This document shows positions 13,165 through 24,399 of a stretch of 64,000 nucleotides of DNA, piece by piece. The notes beneath the pieces are model-generated. The model was not told where the DNA came from, searched no databases, and worked only from the letters and a program-made list of their open reading frames with translations. The stretch comes from Octopus bimaculoides (taxonomy: Eukaryota): assembly GCF_001194135.2 (NCBI RefSeq), contig NC_068981.1, forward strand, positions 11,369,988 to 11,433,987, in the 5' to 3' direction. Within the stretch, counting starts at the first letter, position 1. The number at the start of each line of letters is the position of its first letter. The translations under genes and the position numbers were made by a program.

Positions 13165-13902
13165 ACATTACAATATTTTAATTAAGGAACATCCGCACGC
13201 TGAAATATATATATATATATCATGGAGTGCTTTTATTTAAATTGCAATCATCTCGTTTCTGAACGCATATGCACTTAAATACATGCTTGAATTTACTTAA
13301 CCACAGGGAATGCATTGTATAACGACAAGAATATACGGATAGAGATATACAACCTTAAGTGAAGAGAACACAAAATTATCTTTATTGTAATACTACGTCC
13401 AATTTAATTTTGTTGCTGTATATAGGAGTGAGTATTATTATTCATTAGCTGGGCAAAATAAGACTTTCATTGTAGCACGAGATCTTTGAGGTCGCAACAA
13501 TTCGTTCGACAAGCTAAATGCATAATTTTTGTACACTGAATCTGAGCTGACTAGGGGTTAAACAACAAGAACATGAAGAACATAACAAAAAGCATATATA
13601 AATCATCTCATCTAAAATTATCTACATTAAACGTTAAGCTGCCTTTTAATCGATCATTTAAAGTTCAAGTATTATATCGACGCCATTTTAGTAGAGGTAA
13701 TTGGTGGTGAGATGGGGTAACGGTTAATATCGTGCAAAATATAATCATTGGTATTTTTCACACAGACTCGCGCGCACACACACACATTCACATACACACA
13801 CACACAAACAAACACACGTATAGAATTGTGCGTATATGTGTGTGTGCGCGTATGCGTGTATATGTGTCTACTAGCTAAAGAAGTTGTATACATATATACA
13901 TA

Positions 13903-13950
<48 letters not shown>

Positions 13951-15032
13951 NNNNNNNNNNNNNNNNNNNNNNNNNNNNNNNNNNNNNNNNNNNNNNNNNN
14001 NNNNNNNNNNNNNNNNNNNNNNNNNNNNNNNNNNNNNNNNNNNNNNNNNNNNNNNNNNNNNNNNNNNNNNNNNNNNNNNNNNNNNNNNNNNNNNNNNNNN
14101 NNNNNNNNNNNNNNNNNNNNNNNNNNNNNNNNNNNNNNNNNNNNNNNNNNNNNNNNNNNNNNNNNNNNNNNNNNNNNNNNNNNNNNNNNNNNNNNNNNNN
14201 NNNNNNNNNNNNNNNNNNNNNNNNNNNNNNNNNNNNNNNNNNNNNNNNNNNNNNNNNNNNNNNNNNNNNNNNNNNNNNNNNNNNNNNNNNNNNNNNNNNN
14301 NNNNNNNNNNNNNNNNNNNNNNNNNNNNNNNNNNNNNNNNNNNNNNNNNNNNNNNNNNNNNNNNNNNNNNNNNNNNNNNNNNNNNNNNNNNNNNNNNNNN
14401 NNNNNNNNNNNNNNNNNNNNNNNNNNNNNNNNNNNNNNNNNNNNNNNNNNNNNNNNNNNNNNNNNNNNNNNNNNNNNNNNNNNNNNNNNNNNNNNNNNNN
14501 NNNNNNNNNNNNNNNNNNNNNNNNNNNNNNNNNNNNNNNNNNNNNNNNNNNNNNNNNNNNNNNNNNNNNNNNNNNNNNNNNNNNNNNNNNNNNNNNNNNN
14601 NNNNNNNNNNNNNNNNNNNNNNNNNNNNNNNNNNNNNNNNNNNNNNNNNNNNNNNNNNNNNNNNNNNNNNNNNNNNNNNNNNNNNNNNNNNNNNNNNNNN
14701 NNNNNNNNNNNNNNNNNNNNNNNNNNNNNNNNNNNNNNNNNNNNNNNNNNNNNNNNNNNNNNNNTATATATATATATATATGAATTTTTTTTCAGAATGA
14801 GATAAAAAAGAGGCTGTGTTTATTTATAAATGTTCTAAAATCTTCACAGCCTTGTTTTTTTTTATCTGATTCTGAAAAAAAAAATCATTATATATGCACA
14901 TGCTGATATATGACCTACGTTGGACTCCTTATTCGCATAATCACCAAACCTATGGTCGATCCATAGCACTTACTTAGCATTACCTGATACCTTTGGGTGT
15001 TATTGACACCATTACCTCTCATAACTTATATA

Positions 15033-15760
15033 TACATGATGCGATGCGTAAAGTGTTGGCATTTTATATTTTTAATTTTTCCCATGCGCATTGTTTGTTT
15101 TGGATTTTGTTGACTACATAGTATAGTATGGTCGTCGGATGGGCAGCTTTTGTGAGAAAAACAGCACCATGACGCATTTCATACAGCCAGAAATTTGGTA
15201 ATGACATCCTGTACTGCTGGCCATTCACACCGGAAGTTCTAATACGAAGATTTCAGAGCGTTTGGCTGTCAATCTGAGAAGAGTGCAATCAGAGAATATG
15301 TACCAAGAGTGATAAAAATGAAACATCCAGTAAACATCATGGTGTTTGTAGTGATCACTAGCGATAGCGACTTTATGCCTCCATTCATCTTTTCACACGG
15401 ATTCAGACTCAAAACGGAGGCCAACATTAAGTGCCTTGAGGGGGTAGTGTTGCCGTGGGTCAAGAGTGTGACTGCTGGAAGACGCTGTTTCTGGTAACGG
15501 GACTTTGCACCATTATACACAAGCAGGAGAACCCAATCATGGCTGTCAGACAATTTCTGCGACTACATCACCCCTAACATCTGGTCACCCGGCCCTGCAG
15601 ACTACAAACTACTTGGTTATTATGTGTGGGGCGCAGTTCACCGAGAGACCAACTATAGTTCTTGCAACACCAAAGATGATCTGAAGGCAAGGATTCACCA
15701 ACTTAAACAAGGTGACGGTCCAGAAGTGTAGCAAGAGATTTAGAAGTCTTCTGGAGATGT
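15033..15760 (+). mobile_element. maT/DD37D-like transposon remnant with internal deletion
   Basis: PRVIKMKHPVNIMVFVVITSDSDFMPPFIF...KCLEGVVLPWVKSVTAGR, RRTQSWLSDNFCD, YYVWGAVHRETN and CNTKDDLKAR. Confidence 0.8.
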
Positions 15761-15958
15761 GTTTCGCTTGTGTATATATTAAGTACGTTAGTGTTTGTGT
15801 TACTTCTAAACTAAATATATTGCTAATAAAACGGGTTCAATTGTTCACTTTCTTCATGCAAAATTGTTTCGTTATTTCATTTCAATGCTTGGAGTTGTAC
15901 TATCACATTTTTCCCGAACGTATGTGTGAAAGCACTGAGAAAATGGGTGTCTTCTCCA

Positions 15959-16016
<58 letters not shown>

Positions 16017-16887
16017 NNNNNNNNNNNNNNNNNNNNNNNNNNNNNNNNNNNNNNNNNNNNNNNNNNNNNNNNNNNNNNNNNNNNNNNNNNNNNNNNNNNN
16101 NNNNNNNNNNNNNNNNNNNNNNNNNNNNNNNNNNNNNNNNNNNNNNNNNNNNNNNNNNNNNNNNNNNNNNNNNNNNNNNNNNNNNNNNNNNNNNNNNNNN
16201 NNNNNNNNNNNNNNNNNNNNNNNNNNNNNNNNNNNNNNNNNNNNNNNNNNNNNNNNNNNNNNNNNNNNNNNNNNNNNNNNNNNNNNNNNNNNNNNNNNNN
16301 NNNNNNNNNNNNNNNNNNNNNNNNNNNNNNNNNNNNNNNNNNNNNNNNNNNNNNNNNNNNNNNNNNNNNNNNNNNNNNNNNNNNNNNNNNNNNNNNNNNN
16401 NNNNNNNNNNNNNNNNNNNNNNNNNNNNNNNNNNNNNNNNNNNNNNNNNNNNNNNNNNNNNNNNNNNNNNNNNNNNNNNNNNNNNNNNNNNNNNNNNNNN
16501 NNNNNNNNNNNNNNNNNNNNNNNNNNNNNNNNNNNNNNNNNNNNNNNNNNNNNNNNNNNNNNNNNNNNNNNNNNNNNNNNNNNNNNNNNNNNNNNNNNNN
16601 NNNNNNGTGAAATCAACAAAGGTGACAATTTTCTCAAAACTCGACCATTTTTCACAAGTTTAAATAAGTGTTTAATTAAAGACTGATGATTCGTGTTAAA
16701 AAAAACTCAAATTCCCTAGGGAAATTATTCGATGGTGATCTGAACGCCATTTATAATACCGCGTAGAAGAGACACACATTATTAGAATATCAAACGAGTG
16801 TTCTACAGCGAGGCTCGAAGTATGTATATTTACTTTCTAAAGTCATCTATGGTACATTCATCTGAAAGTGCCATGATGTAACTACGC

Positions 16888-16940
<53 letters not shown>

Positions 16941-16946
16941 TAATAA
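16888..16946. repeat. (AAT)n microsatellite
   Basis: Direct reading of the sequence. Confidence 0.95.
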
Positions 16947-17645
16947 TACAAATTTTTGGGGGGCACATTATTAAAGGTATAAATACATTGGCTATGCCAT
17001 TAGTGAAAAACTCTGCAACCGTCGTGAAATGTACAAATATGGAGCTGCAGGGCATGGAGAAAAGAACTAAAAGGCTCTTAACAGTGTACAACGTAGTTCA
17101 TCCTAAATGTAATATCGACCGGCTCTATCTGCCAAGAAGGGGAATGTCGTTGAGGATTACTATATGTGATAGAAACCGTTGGTAGTGCAATACTGGGTCT
17201 TAAAAATTGTGTGATGCTGAGTAAAGACAAAATAGTTTCAGTATCCAAGGATACACAAAATGTAAGTGAGTCAGTTAAAGAATTCAAAGGGAAAATGAAT
17301 AACAACAGAATAAGCAAACGTAAAGAAATGGAACACGACGGCGAATTCATACAACAAATCGAGTTGGAAGCAAAGAATGCTGGCTTTGGTTGACGGACGG
17401 GAAATTGAAACTAAAATCAGAAAAACTAATTATAGCCGTTCAAGTACGAACGGAATAAACCTGATAAAGGCAAAGATCGACAAAACTCAGGAATTGCAAG
17501 TGAAACACGCATTGTCGACCTGCATAAAAGTACCATCCTATGTTCTGTAAGGATCATAAAAAGAATTCTTGGGATTTCAGGAGACTTATTGTAACCAACC
17601 GTCAAGATGAAATGCCTACTAAATAAATTATCATACAATTGCGAC
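16947..17645 (+). mobile_element. R4/Dong-like non-LTR retrotransposon remnant (post-RT region and 3' end)
   Basis: IIKGINTLAMPLVKNSATVVKCTNMELQGMEKRTKRLLTVYNVVHPKCNIDRLYLPRRG (cf. AINTWA..HPKSDVDRLYLPR), followed by LHKSTIL...RILG. Flanked by AAT arrays. Confidence 0.8.
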
Positions 17646-17725
17646 ATAGTAATAATAAGAAGAATGATGATGATGATAATAATAATAATAATGATAATAA
17701 TAATGATAATGATAATAATAATAAC

Positions 17726-17760
<35 letters not shown>

Positions 17761-17813
17761 CAACAACAACAACAACAACAGCAACAATAATAATAATGAT
17801 AATAATAATAATG

Positions 17814-17870
<57 letters not shown>
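17646..17870. repeat. Compound (AAT)/(GAT)/(AAC) microsatellite
   Basis: Direct reading of the sequence. Confidence 0.95.
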
Positions 17871-18720
17871 GGACATGGAAATAATGAAAGGAAACGGAAA
17901 CTCCAAAAATAAAACCAGGTTTACAGAAATCCTCTTTCCTAGGGTGGAGATCCTATAAGTGATGGTGTCATGGGAAAAAATACTGGTGGATGTGCAACCT
18001 GAAATTCTCAACCCTCGTCATGAGTGCTGAAATGTCAAATAAAAATAGAAATGAGAACGGCGTGAATGAGGCTGGAACATCTTGTGAAGGTCTCTCGCCG
18101 GTGGGTGCCCCACGGATGAACAGAGTGGACCCAGTCGTCATCGAGCAACTGAGTGTAGGTGTGGTTACATTGAGCGTTGGTTAGTACCCTATATTTAAAT
18201 GGTGTAACGAGGAAAATACGGGTGATTGCACAATCATACAAATGCTACTTCTAAATAAGTGATCTTAACTTCAAATAATGATCATAACATCGTTACCGGG
18301 ACCAGAACTGTTAACAGTGAAGGTATCGTGCACGGCCAACAAGAAGTGCTTGGTCCTAGTTCCAGCAGGTCACCATCAAGCTGATATTAGCCGGTTGTAC
18401 ATGGAGAGGCTTAATTGTTGTGGATTGTATGGAAATAGAAAAAAAAATACAAAATATATTTACAGAACAGCACAAATAAATTAGTAAAGTGAATAAAGAT
18501 CTTGTGATCAAGTGTGAAAAAGGAGAAAAGACAAGAATGAATTTTAAAGAGATCATGTTAAACGCATTGAAAAGAAACCTCTGCGTATCAGTTTTGAAAA
18601 CCCGTTGAGGATGTATATGGAACATATACCTGGACTTAGTTTAAAAAAAAAGAAGGGCAATTAATAAAAGAGACAGAAAATCTTATTATAACACTGGAAA
18701 GAGGTAGTAACCTGCTACCC
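17871..18720 (+). mobile_element. R4/Dong-like element: 5' end and ORF N-terminus joined to the post-RT region (large internal deletion)
   Basis: NENGVNEAG...PVVIEQLSVGV...KWCNEEN resembles the ORF start of this family. It is followed by GHHQADISRLYMER (cf. HHPKADVERLY) and LIKETENLII (cf. LKKETEGLII). Confidence 0.62.
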
Positions 18721-18842
18721 TCATCAATTTTATCAGGTATAATAACCAATCTGCATCCAATTAATAACCAATCTGCATCCAATTAATAATACGAATAATA
18801 GGAGAATTAAGTACCAGCAAATAAATACCAGTTGAACATTAA

Positions 18843-19021
18843 AGTCGATTACATCGACCTTAATGCTCAAATGGTACTTATTTTATCGATCTCGAAGGTT
18901 GAAAAGCAAAGCCGACCTCCGCATAATTCGAACTGGGAATTTATAGACGGACCAATTATAGCAAAGCATTTTGCTTCACATGCTAACAGTCCTATTGGAT
19001 AGCAGTTCTACCAGTTCGCCG

Positions 19022-19023
<2 letters not shown>
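18843..19023 (-). mobile_element. SINE family A, diverged
   Basis: AAGTCGATTACATCGACC...GTACTTATTTTATCGA...CCAGTTCGCCGC matches the reverse complement of the family consensus. Confidence 0.7.

Positions 19024-19024
<1 letters not shown>

Positions 19025-19088
<64 letters not shown>
19025..19088. repeat. (AAT)n microsatellite
   Basis: Direct reading of the sequence. Confidence 0.97.
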
Positions 19089-19089
<1 letters not shown>

Positions 19090-19536
19090 TGCCAATACAC
19101 ACATATAGAGAAATTAAGGCAAATAGACCAGATATAGTTGTCAAAGATCATGAAGGAAAAAAATGCCTTCTAATTGATGTTTCAATACCAGCAGATGACA
19201 ACGTTTCTCTAAAAGAAATGGAAAAACTTTCAAAATACAAAGACCTGGAAATAGAGATAACTCGAATGTGGAATCTAAAAACAGAAACAATTCCTATCAT
19301 AGTAGGTGCCTTAGGTATAATAAAAAAATATTCAGACAAATACATAACAAAAACACCAGGACTTACAAATATATATAACATACAGAAAATTGCACTACTG
19401 GGTACTGCACACATTCTACGCAAAACACTTTCAATACAGTAAACATAAGAGCACCACAGCAAACCACAGCACATACCCAAGGCGCACAGAGCTGCGCTCG
19501 GTAGTGAAGTGAAAGCACGTTATAAAAATAAAACTA

Positions 19537-19540
<4 letters not shown>
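19087..19540 (+). mobile_element. Young 5'-truncated R4/Dong-like LINE: intact restriction-like endonuclease C-terminus plus ~100-nt 3' UTR, inserted in a TAA array
   Basis: Uninterrupted ORF 19089-19442 reads NRPDIVV..CLLIDVSIP..KEMEKLSKYKDLEIEITRMW..PIIVGALG..QKIALLGTAHILRK (PD-D-K RLE motif). Pure (AAT)n lies on both sides. Confidence 0.92.
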
Positions 19541-19574
<34 letters not shown>

Positions 19575-19642
19575 TAATAATAATAATAATGATGATGATG
19601 ATTATAATGATGATGATGATGATGATGATGGTAATGATGATG

Positions 19643-19678
<36 letters not shown>
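19541..19678. repeat. (AAT)/(GAT)n microsatellite
   Basis: Direct reading of the sequence. Confidence 0.95.
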
Positions 19679-20403
19679 TATTTCTTTAAAGGCACTGCGT
19701 CTCACGGTTGAGTGAGATGTATTATCGACAATCGCCTGCATTACATTGAATGTATTTAGTTTCCCGAGCGATAGAAGGGTGAAAGTAAATATAATTGTCC
19801 TGGGATTAAGACTTCGGTGTGAAATATTTATCGCAAAGAATTGTGTCTGACTCTCAACTGATTTCTCCAATACACTGTACTCCCATATTGATGCAGAAGA
19901 AGATATAACATGTTACATTGTAAAAGTCCAGAGCAATAACTGAATTTGAATTAGAATTTGTAAGGAAACGAATGGGAATCACTAAGTTCAATCATACTTC
20001 TTTGTATGTAAATCAATGGAAATTTGTATATTTCAGGAATGTACACTGTAGAAGTGTGCTTGCGATATAAGGTTCATCAAAAATCGCATTGTATATATTT
20101 GATAAAAATAAAAAAATAGAAAAAAAAAAGCAATTTTCATGTCGACTTTCGCAGTGACTAACCTCACTACATGAAGTGTGAGTAGATTCGTCGTAATATT
20201 TATTGTTGAGCACTAACGTTACGTTTATCCTTTTCATGCTTTTATATGAGAACAGTAAAACAACTGACCACTCGACAGTGTGTTTGATATACCTTAGTAT
20301 ATGTTTCAGAGGAAACAAAGATATTTTCTGTACACGTTAAAGATACATTGGTGACATTCAGTTAAAACTCTCAGGAGCAATACTATACTATTTATTTCTA
20401 ACA

Positions 20404-20640
20404 TAACAAGGTATATATAATTTGTGTGACCCCTCTGTCCGGCATTCACCATGATAGATCGCTAGCCACTGAACCTTTTTCGATTTTATTTCCCTGTTTA
20501 TTTCTGTGTTCCTTTCTGTCGAAGAGCATAGGCTCGAGACGTAAGAGACTTTCTCACTTCCCGAACGTTAAACTAATACATCTGTTTGTTGTTTACACAC
20601 CTGTCTTCGTCTTTTTTTTTTGTAAATTCTCACTATATAT
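20404..20640 (+). mobile_element. Penelope-like element terminal repeat (pLTR-type)
   Basis: Homologous to 47285-47470 (minus strand). It carries a hammerhead-like motif, ends in ACACCTGTCTTCGTC...TTCTCACTATATA before a microsatellite, and lies upstream of a PLE RT fragment. Confidence 0.55.
20512..20547 (+). ncRNA. Minimal type I hammerhead-like motif, variant core, one core mutation
   Basis: CUUU-CUGUCGAA-GAGC(AUAG)GCUC-GAGAC-GUA-AGAG. Stem I is CUUU/AGAG with one G-U pair, stem II is 4 bp, and GAAA is mutated to GAGA. Confidence 0.4.
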
Positions 20641-20646
20641 AATTTA

Positions 20647-20699
<53 letters not shown>

Positions 20700-21119
20700 C
20701 ATACATATATAGTAATTTTCGTAGCCACTTCAGCATGGCTGTTCCGTTCGAACGGAACTTTTAACCCTAAGAGGGCATCTCCTCTACCTGGTTAACGATG
20801 CGCAGCTGCATCGGATATATTGTGAGCAAGGAAACGAACCCCTGCCACATTCTAGCGACGGGACCAGCATAACAACTTGGTCTTGGGTTATTTCTGCCTC
20901 TCTTCAGTACTGGACATCTCGTCTGTTAGAGATGGCAGTAGCTCAATTCTGCTCACAATAAATATAAATTCAAGCGACACACAGTCTATGGTCTTGCAGC
21001 AAGTGCAAAAAGCTACTTCTAAAATCTCCCTAAGAGATGGTCGCAATAGTTGTACTAGCAAATAATGTTCATAGCCACTTCAACATGGCTGTTCTGTTCG
21101 AACGGACTTTACTGCGATT

Positions 21120-21600
21120 TTAGTTTAAACACAAGATATACGCCCAAAAGGAATTTGCAGCCTTTGGTGTCAGTATCGCTGGTGATACCGCTAACCTATT
21201 TATGGTATGGTGGGATAAGAGGTTCAAAGCGAAATTAGCACAGAACTTCATAACCCTAAGCATGTCCTCCTGCTATGTGGATGATTTCGACATAGTAGCC
21301 AAAGCACCCCTACAAGACAATGTTGATGATAGGTAACACTATGAGCATCCAGCAAACAGCTAATTCCATCCCGCAGTGTACCAAAGTAACGATAGACTAC
21401 CCTAACAAGCACCCCAAATTTGGGCTACGAGTTAGAAATCAAGAACAATAAGGTCCGTATCATTCACTCCCATTATGCTAAAGCAGAAATAGAAGCTCAG
21501 TCTATAGCATAGAAGTCAAAGTATTATCAATGCATAGAACTGACACGACACTTAGACAAATCACAGAGGCTACACACATAGCTGTAGACAGACTGAGCCT
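21120..21600 (+). mobile_element. Penelope-like reverse transcriptase remnant
   Basis: Frame 1 (21124-21336) reads FKHKIYAQKE..GVSIAGDTANLFMVWWDKRFKAKL...CYVDDFDIV. Downstream: TMSIQQTANSI...VTIDYPNKHP and IIHSHYAK, which match PLE RT motifs. Confidence 0.6.
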
Positions 21601-22187
21601 CAACAGAAAACACGAATGAAACAATAACACCAACCACCATACCACACATCATGACGACTAAAGACTGAAAGGACAAAAGAAAAACAGATACGAACAGCTT
21701 AATACACATACAATAGACATATATGCATCTACATATGATAAATATAAAAAAAAATAGACATAAAAAACCGTATAAGGGACATGGATACAAACAGTATAGG
21801 AAGCGGACCCATATGCGCACACGAATACACATACGGTAACTTCACAGACGGCAGCGACATTATCAACAGCATGACTAACAACAACAGCAACAGGTGTAAG
21901 AAAATGGCAACAACAGCAACTGCTGCGATGGCAGAAGCATGGGCGAACACAAACACAATGGGTTACAAGAACTGCTGTTTTCAAGTGCTACTAAAAACAA
22001 TGACACACACACACACAAATAAACAAACATGTACACAGACACAAACACACACGCATGCGCATATAAGGATACACATCATAGAGGAAGAGAATGGACATGA
22101 GTTAGAATAAGAACAGTAATAAACGAGTGAAGAACGAATACATAGTGTGTGTGTTTATTTGGCAAAATAGAATGACCATCCCAAAAT

Positions 22188-22218
<31 letters not shown>

Positions 22219-23463
22219 NNNNNNNNNNNNNNNNNNNNNNNNNNNNNNNNNNNNNNNNNNNNNNNNNNNNNNNNNNNNNNNNNNNNNNNNNNNNNNNNNN
22301 NNNNNNNNNNNNNNNNNNNNNNNNNNNNNNNNNNNNNNNNNNNNNNNNNNNNNNNNNNNNNNNNNNNNNNNNNNNNNNNNNNNNNNNNNNNNNNNNNNNN
22401 NNNNNNNNNNNNNNNNNNNNNNNNNNNNNNNNNNNNNNNNNNNNNNNNNNNNNNNNNNNNNNNNNNNNNNNNNNNNNNNNNNNNNNNNNNNNNNNNNNNN
22501 NNNNNNNNNNNNNNNNNNNNNNNNNNNNNNNNNNNNNNNNNNNNNNNNNNNNNNNNNNNNNNNNNNNNNNNNNNNNNNNNNNNNNNNNNNNNNNNNNNNN
22601 NNNNNNNNNNNNNNNNNNNNNNNNNNNNNNNNNNNNNNNNNNNNNNNNNNNNNNNNNNNNNNNNNNNNNNNNNNNNNNNNNNNNNNNNNNNNNNNNNNNN
22701 NNNNNNNNNNNNNNNNNNNNNNNNNNNNNNNNNNNNNNNNNNNNNNNNNNNNNNNNNNNNNNNNNNNNNNNNNNNNNNNNNNNNNNNNNNNNNNNNNNNN
22801 NNNNNNNNNNNNNNNNNNNNNNNNNNNNNNNNNNNNNNNNNNNNNNNNNNNNNNNNNNNNNNNNNNNNNNNNNNNNNNNNNNNNNNNNNNNNNNNNNNNN
22901 NNNNNNNNNNNNNNNNNNNNNNNNNNNNNNNNNNNNNNNNNNNNNNNNNNNNTACATATCCTCGTGTATGGAAATAAATTTCACCGATTACTTTGCATAT
23001 AAAAGTGTCACATTCTTGTTAATCGAAAATATATTTTTATAGAAAGTTATCCAGATATATTAGAGAATAAATTACTCGGAGGAATTACTAAGGTTATCTC
23101 CAGTAAAGCCAAAGAAAGATATAATTCCACACGTCGACATATATAGTAAAATGTTAAAAAAATAGTCGATATGAAATTGTTCAAGTAACAAACAGCGTAT
23201 TTTGAAAAACAAGTTTTTATATTATGTTGATTCAAAATTTGGCGCAAGGCCAGCAATTTCAGAGTAAGAAATTCTGTCAGGTCTCGTCAAACAGATGGGA
23301 TGTTCTTGAAGCCGAGGATTTTAAATTGACGGGTACACTATTACCATATCGCCTGACGAAACACAACTTGATCTCATAATGCGGGGAAACAGCTTCATAA
23401 TCAAGTACCTCAACACATGGAAACTATATTGTGTCGTAACAATCATGGTGATTAAAAATTAAA

Positions 23464-23524
23464 TGTCCTACTGTAACCATTCTTGTCCTACTGTAACCAT
23501 TCTTGTCCTACTGTAACCATTCTT
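23464..23524. repeat. Perfect 20-bp tandem repeat x3 (TGTCCTACTGTAACCATTCT)
   Basis: Direct reading of the sequence. Confidence 0.97.
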
Positions 23525-24222
23525 CAATTACGTATTCACCCACGATGCCCAAACGCAAGCCTGGAAATAGGTATGGTGCTACTACCGGGTGTTGCGTTGT
23601 GTTATTGAGCACATGTGACACCCTTTGCACCTGTACAACTAATGCTGATTCGAACTTTCTGTGAGGAGTGGAAAACCCAACTGAGAACCCTTCAGAGAAA
23701 TGATCAATCTCTAACAAAGCAGAGCGATAGAGTAATAGTCAGGATAGTAGAAAAAAAGATGAAAGATATCTTTTCATGGTGAGGTACAAGTATCCTTTTA
23801 GATATCTGAGGTTATAAAATATGTACATATGCAAAGATATATGTATGCGTATATGTATATATGTATTCATTCATGCATAGTCCACGCGAGGAGCGAGAAG
23901 TAGAATCGGCTGCCGGCAGCCGGGAAGCGCTCGGGGCTCGTCTGGTCGACGGCCGTTCGTATACGCGTCTGCAGCCGCCGCCGATGCGTGGTCAAGGAGG
24001 AAACGCGACAATGAGTTCGCGGAGCAAAACGGTTTACGATCCGACTACCGCATACCGGGCCGCTGCGGAAATTTTAAACTAGTGTTTTATTTCTGATATG
24101 GAGAACCTGAAATACTAGAGGTCTATCACTCTGGGTCTGTCTTACACAAGGCTCGTTCACGATTTTGTGTGATTTCATATCGCTGCTCGTTGTTACTACA
24201 CCGATAACCACCGAGCGCGCAA

Positions 24223-24256
<34 letters not shown>

Positions 24257-24279
24257 GTGTGTGTGTGTGTGTGTGCGTG

Positions 24280-24323
<44 letters not shown>

Positions 24324-24399
24324 GCTAATCAAAATAGTTTTTATTTCTCTCAGATATCTTTGGTGGATAATCTTTCAACATAAGAAATGAACACAAATT

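Noticed and set aside
17602-18011. Poly-N, poly-I, poly-L and poly-Y ORFs
   Set aside because: These are translations of AAT/GAT/AAC microsatellites.
21781-22110. 109-aa ORF MDTNSIGSGP...
   Set aside because: Built from low-complexity AAC/CA-rich decayed repeats, with no domain or splice support.
23464-23524. Perfect short direct repeats resembling a CRISPR
   Set aside because: There are no spacers (pure tandem), no cas genes, and the context is eukaryotic.
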